Assembly (NCBI GenBank): GCA_964405665.1
Contig: CAYOOT010000006.1
Span: 3,350-67,349 of the forward strand
Origin: an uncultured Bdellovibrionales bacterium
Lineage (GTDB): Bacteria > Bdellovibrionota_C > UBA2361 > SZUA-149 > CAZDWZ01
Length of the DNA: 64,000 bases
Direction: 5' to 3'
Position 1 is the stretch's first letter; every line of letters begins with the position of its first letter. The notes under the pieces are model-generated. The model searched no databases and was not told where the DNA came from. It worked only from the letters and a program-made list of their open reading frames with translations. This document shows positions 1 through 10,346 of this stretch, one piece after another. A program made the translations under genes and the position numbers.

Positions 1-1
1 A

Positions 2-622
2 AAGCATGATTATATTGAAAATCTTCTTAATTTGAAAAATGAGCATAACGGCAAAACAGTTGTCTCCTGGTCAGTAAATGCCCAAACGATTTCTCAAAAT
101 GATGAGGCCCAAACTGCCAATTTGGAAAAAAGAATCACCGCAGCAAAAAAATTAGTGGAAGTGGGATATCGAGTAGGTTTTCATTTTGATCCCCTAATTT
201 ATTTTCCCGGTTGGGAAGATGAATATAAAGAAACTATTGATCTGATATTTTCCAATATACCTTCAAAACACATTGCTTGGGTTAGTATTTCCACTTTACG
301 TTACCAACAAGAAATGCAAAATATCATGATTGAAAGATTTCCCAAGAGCAAACTTCCTTTTGGCGAACAATTTTTAGCAAGTGATCATAAGCTACGCTAC
401 ATCCAACCGATTCGTTTTAAAATGCTAAATTTTGTCTGGAAAGAACTTAAGGCCAAATCTGCAGAGCTACCTGTATATATGTGCATGGAAAGCGCTTCCG
501 CCTGGAGGCAGATTAATGGTGCTCCACCGCTTGCCGGATCCGAATTAGTTGAAATATTCTCTCGTCGAGGTAAACTAAGCATTGTAAAAGATGAAAAAAA
601 TATTTCTCCGGTTTCTTATTAA
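2..622 (+). CDS. radical-SAM DNA-repair (spore-photoproduct-lyase-like) protein, C-terminal part; 5' end outside window
   Basis: Reading frame is open to the window edge (no stop from nt 2). The motif VGFHFDPLIYFPGWEDEY..IAWVSISTLRY resembles the C-terminal region of SplB-type radical SAM photoproduct lyases. Confidence 0.4.
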   Translation, partial: KHDYIENLLNLKNEHNGKTVVSWSVNAQTISQNDEAQTANLEKRITAAKKLVEVGYRVGFHFDPLIYFPGWEDEYKETIDLIFSNIPSKHIAWVSISTLRYQQEMQNIMIERFPKSKLPFGEQFLASDHKLRYIQPIRFKMLNFVWKELKAKSAELPVYMCMESASAWRQINGAPPLAGSELVEIFSRRGKLSIVKDEKNISPVSY

Positions 623-637
623 TTTTAGAGGTTATTC

Positions 638-3301
638 GTGATTAAATTATTTCTACAAAAAGTCTTTGGTTCTCAAAATGAGCGTGAATTAAAAAAGCTA
701 TTTCCACTGGTTAAGCAAATCAATGCTTTGGAAAAAAATATTAAGCCTTTAAGTAATGATCAATTAAAAGGGAAAACTGTTGAATTTAAAAACAAACTGG
801 CAGCAGGAGCAACGTTGGATGATCTTCTTCCTGAAGCATTTGCCGTTGTCCGAGAAGCTTCTGTGCGCGTGCTGGGATTAAGGCATTTTGATGTACAGTT
901 AATTGGGGGGATGGTTCTTCATCAGGGCAAAATTTCAGAAATGAGAACTGGTGAAGGAAAAACTTTAACGGCAACTCTTGCCGCTTATCTCAATGCACTT
1001 TCCGGGAAAGGCGTTCATGTCGTCACTGTCAATGATTATCTGGCAAGAAGAGACTGCGAATGGATGAGCAGACTTTATAATTTTCTTGGTCTTTCTACCG
1101 GCGTAGTTCTTCATGGGATCAGCAACACAGAAAGAAGAGATGCTTACAATGCAGATATTACCTATGGTCAAAACAATGAATTCGGCTTTGATTACTTAAG
1201 GGACAATATGAAACTGGAACTTTCTGAAAAAGTTCAACGAGATTATAATTTTGCCATTGTCGATGAAGTCGATTCGATTTTAATTGATGAATCAAGAACA
1301 CCATTAATTATTTCCGGTCCCAGCGAAGACACCCCTGAGAGCTATGGCGTGGCTGACAAACTTGTGCGCCAACTAAAAGCAGAAGAACATTATGCTGTTG
1401 AACTAAGAAACAAACAAGTAACTCTTACCGAAGAAGGCGTTAAAAAGTGTGAACAATTGCTGAATGTAGAAAATCTCTATGAGCCGGGCAACATTGAACT
1501 TGTGCACCACGTCAACCAAGCATTAAAAGCGCATGTTACAATGCAAAGGGATTTCGATTATGTTGTAAAAGATAACCAAATTATTATTGTCGATGAATTC
1601 ACCGGCCGCTTAATGCCCGGACGCCGCTGGTCTGACGGACTGCACCAAGCGGTAGAAGCAAAAGAAGGAGTAAAAATTCAAAGAGAAAACCAAACTCTGG
1701 CTACGGTTACCTTTCAAAATTTCTTTCGAATGTATAAAAAACTCTCGGGAATGACTGGCACTGCCGATACCGAAGCAGTAGAATTTAAAAAAATATATAA
1801 CTTGGATGTTGTAGTAATTCCCACCAATATGGATATGGTACGGGAAGATAATCCCGATGTAGTCTATGCCACTGAAAAAGGAAAATTTAAAGCAGTCTGC
1901 GATGAAATAGAGGAATTACACAAGAAAGGTCAACCGCTTCTTGTGGGAACAGCCAGTATCGCCAAGTCAGAAGTAATCAGCAGTCTGCTGGATCGACGAG
2001 GAATTCCTCACCATGTATTAAACGCCAAGCAGCATGAAAGAGAAGCGGAGATTATTGCTCAGGCCGGGCGTTTTGGGGCCGTAACAATTTCCACCAACAT
2101 GGCTGGTCGGGGAACTGATATTTTATTGGGAGGAAACCCGGAATTTCTTGCTGCCTCTGTTGCCGGAACAAAAGATCCGGAAGACGAAGAATTTCAAGAG
2201 CAATTAAAATATTTCAAAGAAGTTTGTGCCGAAGAAAAGAAAAGGGTGGTTGAGGCAGGGGGTCTGCATATTTTAGGCACAGAACGTCATGAAAGCAGAC
2301 GGATTGATAACCAATTGCGCGGTCGTTCCGGACGTCAAGGAGATCCGGGAAGTTCCAGATTTTATATTTCCCTGGAAGATGAACTGATGAAGCGTTTTGG
2401 CGGAGAAAGGATTCAACAACTGATGACCAGAGTGGGACTAACCGACGAAGATTCGATTGCCGGATCATTGGTGGGCAGAGCCATTGAGAATGCCCAAAAG
2501 AAAGTGGAAGGCTATCATTTCGATATCAGAAAACATTTGTTGGAATATGACGACGTAATGAATAAACAACGGCAAATTATTTATGCTGAGCGTGAAAGGA
2601 TTTTAAAAGGGGATGATATTGAAGAAAAAATCCTGGAAGCGATTCCCGATACGGTTGAACAGATTATTCTTAGCCGATCGAGTGAGAAAACTCCTCCTCG
2701 AGAATGGGATCTTAGCGGTATCTTTTTAGAAACTCAAAGAATCTTTGCTTTGGAAATACCCAAAGACGATTTCCTAAAAAAACAAGAAGATGCAACCAAA
2801 CAGTTGGCACAAGAACTTTTTGATTTAATCAAAGAAGAAGCAATAAAACGCTACCATCAAAGAGCAGAGCATTTTGGTCGTGAAAGAATGCATAAACTAA
2901 TGCGCATGGTTTTTCTGCAAGCTACGGATTATTTCTGGAAAGAGCATTTGGGAAATATGGATCACTTAAAAGAAGGAATTGGTCTTCGCGGTTATGGTCA
3001 AAAAAATCCCCTTCATGAATACCAAAAAGAATCTTATGAAATGTTTGCTCAGATGTTAAACGCTATTAAAATTTCCGTATTGCAAAATATTTTTATTCCC
3101 GATCTGCCAAGTGAAAATGAAATTCAAGAAATTGAAGATAAGGAAAAGGAATTACAGCGCAAGCGCGAAGCTGCTGCCCAGGCAACTCACGAAGAAGTGC
3201 TGGAAGCTAGCACTTCCAAAGAAGAGAAAGAGGAAATTGATACTACCGGCCTAAACCGCAAGCAACGAAGAAATTTAGAAAAGAAAAGTAAACGAAAATA
3301 A
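638..3301 (+). CDS. secA: preprotein translocase ATPase SecA
   Basis: 887 aa with a canonical SecA N-terminus ([12 protein letters not shown]) and the motor motifs [38 protein letters not shown] and RGTDI. GTG start with an upstream RBS. Confidence 0.95.
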   Translation: MIKLFLQKVFGSQNERELKKLFPLVKQINALEKNIKPLSNDQLKGKTVEFKNKLAAGATLDDLLPEAFAVVREASVRVLGLRHFDVQLIGGMVLHQGKISEMRTGEGKTLTATLAAYLNALSGKGVHVVTVNDYLARRDCEWMSRLYNFLGLSTGVVLHGISNTERRDAYNADITYGQNNEFGFDYLRDNMKLELSEKVQRDYNFAIVDEVDSILIDESRTPLIISGPSEDTPESYGVADKLVRQLKAEEHYAVELRNKQVTLTEEGVKKCEQLLNVENLYEPGNIELVHHVNQALKAHVTMQRDFDYVVKDNQIIIVDEFTGRLMPGRRWSDGLHQAVEAKEGVKIQRENQTLATVTFQNFFRMYKKLSGMTGTADTEAVEFKKIYNLDVVVIPTNMDMVREDNPDVVYATEKGKFKAVCDEIEELHKKGQPLLVGTASIAKSEVISSLLDRRGIPHHVLNAKQHEREAEIIAQAGRFGAVTISTNMAGRGTDILLGGNPEFLAASVAGTKDPEDEEFQEQLKYFKEVCAEEKKRVVEAGGLHILGTERHESRRIDNQLRGRSGRQGDPGSSRFYISLEDELMKRFGGERIQQLMTRVGLTDEDSIAGSLVGRAIENAQKKVEGYHFDIRKHLLEYDDVMNKQRQIIYAERERILKGDDIEEKILEAIPDTVEQIILSRSSEKTPPREWDLSGIFLETQRIFALEIPKDDFLKKQEDATKQLAQELFDLIKEEAIKRYHQRAEHFGRERMHKLMRMVFLQATDYFWKEHLGNMDHLKEGIGLRGYGQKNPLHEYQKESYEMFAQMLNAIKISVLQNIFIPDLPSENEIQEIEDKEKELQRKREAAAQATHEEVLEASTSKEEKEEIDTTGLNRKQRRNLEKKSKRK

Positions 3302-3407
3302 AAATGCTAGATCCAACTAAATATAATAATGTCCAAATGTAAATCGAGTTACGACTGCGACAATTTGTCATATTTACATCCTCTCAATAAAATAATAGTT
3401 TGGCCTG

Positions 3408-4463
3408 ATGAATACAATAAAATTACAGCTTAGTATGCTTGCTTTACTCGGAGTAATATTTTTTTCTCTGAATGCTGTGGCATTTGCCTGCGATCTTTGC
3501 TCGATTTATAGTGCGCAAAATATCAAGGAAGCAGAAGCCGAAAAAATTACTGTCGGTGTAAATGAACAATTTAGCAGTTTTAATTCTGTACGTTTAAATG
3601 GGAATGTGGTACCAAACATTGCTCATCAATCACTCTCCAGTTCAATTACCCAACTCTATGGGCGATACGATTTCACTAATGACTTAGGATTACAGCTAAC
3701 ACTTCCCTACATCAACCGTGATTTTAAAAGATCAGAAAATGGGGAACTGCAAAAAGGAAACGAATCGGGAATAGGTGATCTCTCAATTTTAGCTTTATAT
3801 TCTCCACTAAGAATTTCAGACGGAGATTTTTTTGCGCGACTAAGTGTTCGTGGCGGTTTAAAACTTCCTACCGGTGATTCCAGCCGAATTAGAGAAGAAA
3901 CCGAAGATAATGATGAGAAGGTTCACTCCGCCGAAAATCAAATAGAAAAAAATGTTCAGCTCCAAATGGTTTCACATGCCGGCCACCACCATCAAGAAGA
4001 AGAAACAATAATTCCCAGTGGAATTCACGGACATGATTTGGCTCTGGGAAGTGGTTCCCTGGACTATATTGTTGGAACAACTGGTCTGATGGAAAAAGGA
4101 AAATATTTTGCTGTTGTTGATCTGCAATACGCTTTTCGAACAGAAGGAGATTTCAATTATCGCTATCAGAACGACTTACTATGGAGTTTGGGAGCAGGTC
4201 GTTATCTTCTAACGGAAGATGAAAACTCTTTTTCTCTTAAAGCTAACTTATCGGGTGAATACAAAGGAATGGATATTTTTGAAGGAAATAAAGTCGAAGA
4301 TACGGGTATTAATTCGATGTTTCTCGGCCCAGAAATAAATTTTACTGTTGGAAAAAGTTTATTTGGATTCTTAGCTCTGGATCTTCCGCTCTTGCTGGAT
4401 AACACTTCCTTTCAAGCGGTTCCTGATTATCGTCTTCGATGGGCAATTACATATCTATTTTAA
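3408..4463 (+). CDS. secreted outer-membrane beta-barrel protein (MetA/phenol-pathway-like OMP); CxxC after the signal peptide and a His-rich segment
   Basis: N-terminal signal peptide, alternating amphipathic beta-strand pattern, and a C-terminal aromatic residue (…ITYLF) typical of OMPs. Carries a CDLC motif and HAGHHHQEEE. Confidence 0.5.
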   Translation: MNTIKLQLSMLALLGVIFFSLNAVAFACDLCSIYSAQNIKEAEAEKITVGVNEQFSSFNSVRLNGNVVPNIAHQSLSSSITQLYGRYDFTNDLGLQLTLPYINRDFKRSENGELQKGNESGIGDLSILALYSPLRISDGDFFARLSVRGGLKLPTGDSSRIREETEDNDEKVHSAENQIEKNVQLQMVSHAGHHHQEEETIIPSGIHGHDLALGSGSLDYIVGTTGLMEKGKYFAVVDLQYAFRTEGDFNYRYQNDLLWSLGAGRYLLTEDENSFSLKANLSGEYKGMDIFEGNKVEDTGINSMFLGPEINFTVGKSLFGFLALDLPLLLDNTSFQAVPDYRLRWAITYLF

Positions 4464-4517
4464 ATCTGAAATTGATCTGGTATCCGAAGAGGTATTTTAA
4501 TTTTCTTGCAACACTTA

Positions 4518-4832
4518 TTACATTAGATTTTCAGATTCCAGTTTTTCCAATTCAGAAATATCTATTCCCAACTCTTTTGCTCTGGCCAATAATCTTTGTC
4601 TCCTTAAAACAGCCGATGGACGTTCTCCGCTTTCTCTTGCTTTCACTTCTGCGTTTTCTGCAGAAACTTCTTCTTTATTCTCGTAAACACTACCTTCTTT
4701 AATCCTCATCACCGCCATTTGTAACTTAACTTTATCGGCAAGCTTTTTCTTGTCGGCAAGCTCCAAATTATTGCTACTAAGAGCAATAATCAAGTACCCA
4801 AATATTAAAATCGCTAAAAAAAATTCAATCAT
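4518..4832 (-). CDS. small membrane-anchored hypothetical protein (N-terminal TM helix, charged/coiled tail)
   Basis: ORF with one predicted TM helix at the N-terminus (FFLAILIFGYLIIAL) and no recognisable domain. Confidence 0.3.
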   Translation of the reverse strand: MIEFFLAILIFGYLIIALSSNNLELADKKKLADKVKLQMAVMRIKEGSVYENKEEVSAENAEVKARESGERPSAVLRRQRLLARAKELGIDISELEKLESENLM

Positions 4833-4921
4833 ATGTAATTATCTACACAAGAAAATCGTCTCAAGTATGCATTAGCTTTATAATCCGCGCCACAGGACTA
4901 ACCAAAAACACACAATTTTAG

Positions 4922-5617
4922 CTAAATTCTAATAAGAACTTCTGAAGAAGAATTTTCCAATAAAAACAAGATCTTCCCTAACAAGGGTTCAAGGCCAAGC
5001 CAAACTTTGGTATTATTTTCTAATAATTCTGAGAAAGTAATAAAAGGTAAGATTAGACCATAAACGTTGATTTTTCCTAAAAAAGCTTGAGCAGCTAAAG
5101 TAGTAACTGCGGCTAAGGCGGACTTGGAAATTGTATAACTACTTCGGCCTAAAATGGGCTTTTCGATACAAGAATCTAGCAAATTAATCACTACTCCTTT
5201 TTTAGAAAGAAAAAGCTTCTCGGCCAATCCTTGAATTAAAAAAAAGGGGGCTCGAACATTAATCATTTGGGTTTTATCCCAATTGCTTTCTGTTTCTGAG
5301 AGCAGATCAAAACTGCCTTTTATTTTATCTTCATTGGGCCAATAGGCGGCATTATTAATTAAACAATCAATTTCGGAAAAAGCATTGTTAGAAAATTCAA
5401 TAAACTTTTTTAGCTGATCACTGTTCGTAAAATCGGCCTTAAAAAATTTAGCTACAGTTCCCAATTTTTTTAGTTCTTTGTCTAAAATATCTATTTTTTC
5501 CTGATTGCTATGATAATGAAGAATCAAGCGGTGACCTGCTTTAGCCAATTCTAAAGTAAGAGCAGAACCAATTTTACTGCTTGCTCCGGTAAGCACGATT
5601 GTTTTGCCTTTTTTCAT
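4922..5617 (-). CDS. short-chain dehydrogenase/reductase (SDR) family NAD(P)-dependent oxidoreductase
   Basis: Nucleotide-binding motif TGASSKIGSA, an NNAA motif and the catalytic YxxxK (YTISK). Overlaps the upstream gene by 4 nt, indicating an operon. Confidence 0.75.
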   Translation of the reverse strand: MKKGKTIVLTGASSKIGSALTLELAKAGHRLILHYHSNQEKIDILDKELKKLGTVAKFFKADFTNSDQLKKFIEFSNNAFSEIDCLINNAAYWPNEDKIKGSFDLLSETESNWDKTQMINVRAPFFLIQGLAEKLFLSKKGVVINLLDSCIEKPILGRSSYTISKSALAAVTTLAAQAFLGKINVYGLILPFITFSELLENNTKVWLGLEPLLGKILFLLENSSSEVLIRI

Positions 5618-6549
5618 AAATTAAACTTATATTTTTTACTTAATTGCCATAAGAAAGCAGAAGGAGCCTTTATTAAATGAGTTTTTTGTTCCAGCGGATG
5701 TTTAAAGGCGATGCTTTCTGCATGTAATAAAAATCCCTTTTCCTTGGGAAACAATTCTTCTAAATCTTTCTTTGACCCATAAAGCTTATCTCCCACCAAG
5801 GGATGGCCAATAGAAGCAAGATGAGCTCGCACTTGATGTCTTCTCATTTTTTTTCCCAAGACTCTTACCAAAGAATAATCTTCAAATTTTAAGACCAGAA
5901 AAACTTCACTTTGAGCAGAAAAAACATTTTTATTTTCTGTTATTGTTTTTTCTTTAAGCACCTTGACAGTTTTTTGATCTTTTTCGATTAACAAAGGAGC
6001 TTCGATCTTTTGTCGCTGCTTGGCAACGTTCCCCTCAACTAAAGCCAGATAACTTTTGGCAATTTTTTCCTCTTTCATTTCTTGCTTTAAAAATTCCCAG
6101 GCATTTCTATTTTTTGCCGCAAGAATCACTCCTGAAGTATAATTATCCAGTCTTTGAATTAATCCGGCGTCAGTTGGTTTTAAAGAAGCGGTTAAAAAAA
6201 TCTTATTATAGGAAGCTAAGAAGTCAGCTACGGTAGATTTGGGGTTACTTTTAATACTGACACTAGGAATTCCTCTTTTTTTATTTAAAACAATTACGCT
6301 TTGATCTTCAAATAATATTTCCAAATCAACTTTTTCTATCAGTTGTTTTGGCTGATCATTGATTTCAATGATATCCCCCGTTTTTAACTTATCGCCGGCC
6401 CGGACTATTTTTGCATTAACGATAACCAGTTTGTTTTCACAAAGATTCCTTGCGGCATTTTTAGAAAGGCTGGTTACCGCCTCGCAAAGAAATTGATCCA
6501 CTCGATTATAATCTTTTTCTGCTTTAAAGTTTTTCATTGGGAATTTCAA
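5614..6549 (-). CDS. RluA-family (RluD/RluC-type) rRNA pseudouridine synthase with S4 domain
   Basis: S4-like N-terminus and the catalytic HRLDNYTSGVILAAK motif of RluA-family pseudouridine synthases. Confidence 0.8.
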   Translation of the reverse strand: MKFPMKNFKAEKDYNRVDQFLCEAVTSLSKNAARNLCENKLVIVNAKIVRAGDKLKTGDIIEINDQPKQLIEKVDLEILFEDQSVIVLNKKRGIPSVSIKSNPKSTVADFLASYNKIFLTASLKPTDAGLIQRLDNYTSGVILAAKNRNAWEFLKQEMKEEKIAKSYLALVEGNVAKQRQKIEAPLLIEKDQKTVKVLKEKTITENKNVFSAQSEVFLVLKFEDYSLVRVLGKKMRRHQVRAHLASIGHPLVGDKLYGSKKDLEELFPKEKGFLLHAESIAFKHPLEQKTHLIKAPSAFLWQLSKKYKFNL

Positions 6550-7960
6550 CTTTTAATGGTCCGCTGCTTTTTGCAAAAACTTCTTCTCCTTGATAATTAG
6601 CTTCAATCCATTTGGTAAAGTAATCGGCTTCTAAAAAATCTTTTTGTTCCAGCAACCAACGATGAAAAGTTAAAGTATTAGCTAAACCTTCTACATTATA
6701 ATGTTGTAAATAAGCTTTTGCTCGAGCAATAGCCAGTTCTCGATTAGGCGCAGTGACAATTAGCTTGGAAAGTAAAGCATCATAATAAGGAGAAAGTTTA
6801 GTTCCCGCTTCCACCCAAGTATCCTCCCTGATGCCAATTCCTCCCGGACGAGACAAATAAAGAATTTTTCCCGTTATCGGGCTAAAGTTATTCACCGGGT
6901 TTTCCCCATAGACCCTAAACTGAATGGCATGTTTACTGATTTTAATATCTTTTTGTGCATATTGCAGAGGATGTCCTTGAGCAACTAATATTTGCTCTTT
7001 TACCAGATCGATTCCTGTTATTTCTTCAGTAATGGTATGCTCTACTTGAATGCGGGTATTCATTTCCAAAAAATAAAATCCTGATTTTGCGGATCTCGGA
7101 TTTTCCACCAAGAATTCCAAAGTTCCCGCACCGCAATATTTAACTGTTTTGGTTAATTTCAGAGCCGCCTTTAAAATTTTTTCTCTTAATTTTGAATTTA
7201 AATTAGGGGCCGGGGCTTCTTCCACTATTTTTTGATGTCGACGTTGTAAGGAACAGTCTCTTTCAAAAAGATGAATGACCTTCCCGTAATTATCGGCAAA
7301 AATCTGAACTTCAATATGACGGGGAGTTTTTAAATATTTTTCGACTATAATTTCTTCATTGCCGAAAGCAGCTTTAGCTTCCGCTTGAGCTTCTTGGATT
7401 TTTTGTAAAAATTCCTTTTCCTCATTAACCACTCTCATTCCCCGCCCACTTCCTCCGGCAACTGCCTTAATTAAAACTGGATAGCCCACATTATTGGCGA
7501 ACTTTATCAACTCTTTTATTTCCAAGCCGGCCTTTGTTCCGGGCACTACCGGAACTTTTGCCTTAAGAGCGATTTGTCGAGCGATATTTTTATCTCCCAT
7601 CAAAGAAATTGTTTCTGGGCTAGGGCCAATAAAACAAATTTTATTTTCGATTACTTTTTTTGCAAACTCAGCATTTTCCGAAAAAAAACCATATCCAGGA
7701 TGAATAGCATCGGCTCCACTTTGAATTGCCGCATTGATTATTTTATCGATATTTAAATATGTATCTTTGGCCGAGTTTCCTTTTAAGGCAATTTTATCGT
7801 CGGCAATTCTCATCGGCAAACTTCCTTGATCGGCCTCCGAATAAACTGCTATTGCTTCAATTCCCAATTCCTGAATTGCACGAATTGTTCTAACAGCAAT
7901 TTCCCCGCGGTTTGCCACCAATATGCGCAGGAATTTTCTGATTTTATTTGTCTTTTTCAT
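6524..7960 (-). CDS. accC: biotin carboxylase (acetyl-CoA carboxylase subunit AccC-type)
   Basis: N-terminus KILVANRGEIAVRTIRA, an ATP-grasp core and the biotin carboxylase C-terminal domain; 478 aa. Confidence 0.85.
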   Translation of the reverse strand: MKKTNKIRKFLRILVANRGEIAVRTIRAIQELGIEAIAVYSEADQGSLPMRIADDKIALKGNSAKDTYLNIDKIINAAIQSGADAIHPGYGFFSENAEFAKKVIENKICFIGPSPETISLMGDKNIARQIALKAKVPVVPGTKAGLEIKELIKFANNVGYPVLIKAVAGGSGRGMRVVNEEKEFLQKIQEAQAEAKAAFGNEEIIVEKYLKTPRHIEVQIFADNYGKVIHLFERDCSLQRRHQKIVEEAPAPNLNSKLREKILKAALKLTKTVKYCGAGTLEFLVENPRSAKSGFYFLEMNTRIQVEHTITEEITGIDLVKEQILVAQGHPLQYAQKDIKISKHAIQFRVYGENPVNNFSPITGKILYLSRPGGIGIREDTWVEAGTKLSPYYDALLSKLIVTAPNRELAIARAKAYLQHYNVEGLANTLTFHRWLLEQKDFLEADYFTKWIEANYQGEEVFAKSSGPLKVEIPNEKL

Positions 7961-8023
7961 CTTTTTAATAATATATTGTTAAAAAGGTTTTAGTGAAAGA
8001 ATTTTAATGGGAATTTTATAAAC

Positions 8024-8944
8024 ATGAGAGAAGTAATTGTTTTAGGTTCAGGACCAGCAGGCCTGACCGCAGCTTTATATATAGCTCGCTCCAATCTTAA
8101 GCCTCTGTTATTTCATGGTCCACTTTCCGGAGGTCAGCTTACCACCACGACAATGGTAGAAAACTTTCCTGGTTTTTCCAAAGGAATCATGGGACCCGAT
8201 TTAATGGAAGAAATGCGCTTACAAGCGGAGCGTTTTGGTACAGAATTTCAGCAAAAAATTATTACTAAAGTAGATTTTTCTAAAAGACCATTTAAAGTTT
8301 TTGCCGATGAAGAAGTTTTCGAAGCCAAATCGATAATTATTGCCACCGGGGCATCGGCAAAAACTTTAAAGCTGGAACGTGAAGCGGAGATGATGGGTTA
8401 TGGTTTGTCCACTTGTGCTACTTGTGACGGAGCATTTTTTAACGGTCAAGAGATTATTGTTATTGGAGGCGGAGATTCTGCTTGTGAAGAAGCGTTATTT
8501 TTAACCAAATTCGGTTCCAGAGTACGTTTGATTCACAGAAGAGATCAATTGCGGGCCTCAAAGATTATGGCGGATCGTGTTTTGGCTCACCCCAAAATAG
8601 AAATGATCTGGAAACATACGATGATTAAACTTTTAGGGGATCAAAAATCAGGCATCACCGGCGCAATTTTAAAAGATACAACCAATGGCAAAGAACAAGA
8701 AATTAAATGTTCTGCAATATTTTATGGTATCGGCCATGTTCCCAATACTCAACTTTTTGCGGGGAGTTTGGAAATGGATGAAAACCAATACTTAATTACC
8801 AAAAACAATTGCACTAAAACAAACATTCCTGGAATATTTGCTTGTGGTGATGTTCAGGATCATGTTTATAGGCAGGCCGTTACGGCAGCAGGTTCGGGTT
8901 GTATGGCGGCTATTGAAGCGGAAAGATGGTTGGCGGAGAATTAA
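8024..8944 (+). CDS. trxB: thioredoxin-disulfide reductase
   Basis: FAD motif VLGSGPAGLTAALY, the redox-active CATCDG, and NADPH motif GGGDSA; 306 aa. Confidence 0.9.
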   Translation: MREVIVLGSGPAGLTAALYIARSNLKPLLFHGPLSGGQLTTTTMVENFPGFSKGIMGPDLMEEMRLQAERFGTEFQQKIITKVDFSKRPFKVFADEEVFEAKSIIIATGASAKTLKLEREAEMMGYGLSTCATCDGAFFNGQEIIVIGGGDSACEEALFLTKFGSRVRLIHRRDQLRASKIMADRVLAHPKIEMIWKHTMIKLLGDQKSGITGAILKDTTNGKEQEIKCSAIFYGIGHVPNTQLFAGSLEMDENQYLITKNNCTKTNIPGIFACGDVQDHVYRQAVTAAGSGCMAAIEAERWLAEN

Positions 8945-9030
8945 ATCTGTAGGGGCAGGTTTTATACCTGCCCGGAACTACAAGGGACCATAGTAAAACG
9001 GGCAGCCATAAAGGCTGCCCCTACAGATTT
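8943..9030. repeat. GC-rich compound palindromic repeat (two hairpins inside an outer inverted repeat); probable bidirectional terminator between trxB and atpE
   Basis: Outer arm aaatctgtaggggcag … ctgcccctacagattt. Inner hairpins gggcagg-ttttata-cctgccc and gggcagcc-ataaag-gctgccc. Member of the GTAGGGGC repeat family seen five times in the window. Confidence 0.7.
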
Positions 9031-9060
9031 AATCTATTTTGTAGTTTCTCCCAATAAAAA

Positions 9061-9375
9061 CTACACCACGCCGATAGCAACAAGAAACATAAATAGAACC
9101 AAGGATTCAATCAGACTCACGCCTAAGATCCATGGTAAAAACATTTGGCCTGCAGCACCAGGGTTTCTGCTAATACTTTCTACTGCGGCAGAAATTACTC
9201 TGCCTTGACCCATAGCACCACCAAATACGGCAATACCTAAAGCTAATTGACCTAGGTTTAAATAACCAGCATGTACTGTTGCTGCATCCTCAGCAAAAGC
9301 AGGTTCTCCTACCAACACCAAAGAAGCCAAGACAACTAACATTAAAGAAGAAAAACGCATACTAATATCCTCCAA
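9061..9375 (-). CDS. atpE: F0F1 ATP synthase subunit c with N-terminal signal-like extension
   Basis: Two-helix proteolipid carrying a GxGxGxG motif (GGAMGQG) and a conserved carboxylate within …LIESLVLFMF. An MRFSSLMLVVLASLVL… hydrophobic extension precedes it. Real start is probably the internal Met at 9358. Confidence 0.8.
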   Translation of the reverse strand: MEDISMRFSSLMLVVLASLVLVGEPAFAEDAATVHAGYLNLGQLALGIAVFGGAMGQGRVISAAVESISRNPGAAGQMFLPWILGVSLIESLVLFMFLVAIGVV

Positions 9376-9499
9376 TTACACGTTCATTATTAACACACCC
9401 CTATTGCAGTAAACTATTTACTTCAATAGAGCTAAACATCTTTTCAAATCTTTACAGGACGAACTTTATCCGTCCCAGAAATAAGGATCAAACACTTAC

Positions 9500-10276
9500 T
9501 CAGTGCTGATGTTCTTCCTCTGCACTCTCGCTATGAGATACAGCAAGTCTGATATAAATCATAGTAAGCAGTGTAAAAATAAATGCCTGTATCAAACAGA
9601 TTACAGTGCCCATACAATAAAAAATTACCGGAATAGGAACATAAATATTCTTTGTGATATCTGTAAATACTGCCAATACGGTATGATCCCCTGTCATATT
9701 TCCAAATAACCGAAGCGTTAATGTCACCGGACGAACAAAAGCACTGATTGTTTCTAGAAGAAACAAAAAGCTGCCCATTGTAATTACCAAGAAAATACTA
9801 ACCGGTCTTAAGGCATCATAAAAAGACATATGCTTGAGAAAATTAATTATTCCAACCTCTTTTATTCCCCAAGCATGGTAAAGAACAAACACTAATACAG
9901 CTAAAGCTGCATTAACTGAAACTCGATGAGTGGGCATCACAAAGCCCGGGACAAGTCCCATTAAATTCATGCAAAGCACAAAAACAAACAAGGAAGCAGC
10001 AAAAGGAAGATATTTTCTGTTTTCTCTGCCCATGGCAGTATCTCCGAGCCAAAACATTACTTCGGCAATCAATTCAAAAAGATTTCTGATAGTTAATTTC
10101 GATTCTGGAATGAGTTTATTTGAAGATCTTTTTAAAGAAGACGCAGCCAAAAGTCCGAAAAATAAGATTAGAGTAACAACCACTAAAATAGAACCGACTG
10201 TAGTTGCTGTTGCCAAATTCTCTGTGCTGACAGTGTTCTCTACCGCTTGAGTTATAAAATTATAGCCTTCGCTCAT
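9500..10276 (-). CDS. atpB: F0F1 ATP synthase subunit a
   Basis: Multi-TM protein with the diagnostic LTLRLFGNMTGDH motif (conserved Arg) of subunit a. Confidence 0.85.
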   Translation of the reverse strand: MSEGYNFITQAVENTVSTENLATATTVGSILVVVTLILFFGLLAASSLKRSSNKLIPESKLTIRNLFELIAEVMFWLGDTAMGRENRKYLPFAASLFVFVLCMNLMGLVPGFVMPTHRVSVNAALAVLVFVLYHAWGIKEVGIINFLKHMSFYDALRPVSIFLVITMGSFLFLLETISAFVRPVTLTLRLFGNMTGDHTVLAVFTDITKNIYVPIPVIFYCMGTVICLIQAFIFTLLTMIYIRLAVSHSESAEEEHQH

Positions 10277-10346
10277 CGTTTCCTGTTCATACTTTTACTA
10301 ACGAGCAGGAACTACTACACTATTCCAACCAAGATTAAAAGACTTA

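Noticed and set aside
397-582. Numerous 60-130-aa antisense or alternate-frame ORFs nested inside secA, gyrB, gyrA, dnaA, the RND permease, mprF and other large genes (e.g. 786-974, 2214-2468, 23977-24366, 25114-25473, 26866-27135, 27376-27735, 35085-35426, 45284-45487)
   Set aside because: They fall wholly inside well-supported long CDSs on the opposite strand or in another frame, have low-complexity or biased composition, and show no motif support. Treated as chance ORFs.
4439-4702. Plus-strand 87-aa ORF overlapping the minus-strand 104-aa membrane ORF
   Set aside because: It is Leu/Phe-rich and low-complexity with no RBS. The convergent minus-strand ORF has a cleaner TM-plus-tail organisation, and only one of the pair can be real.
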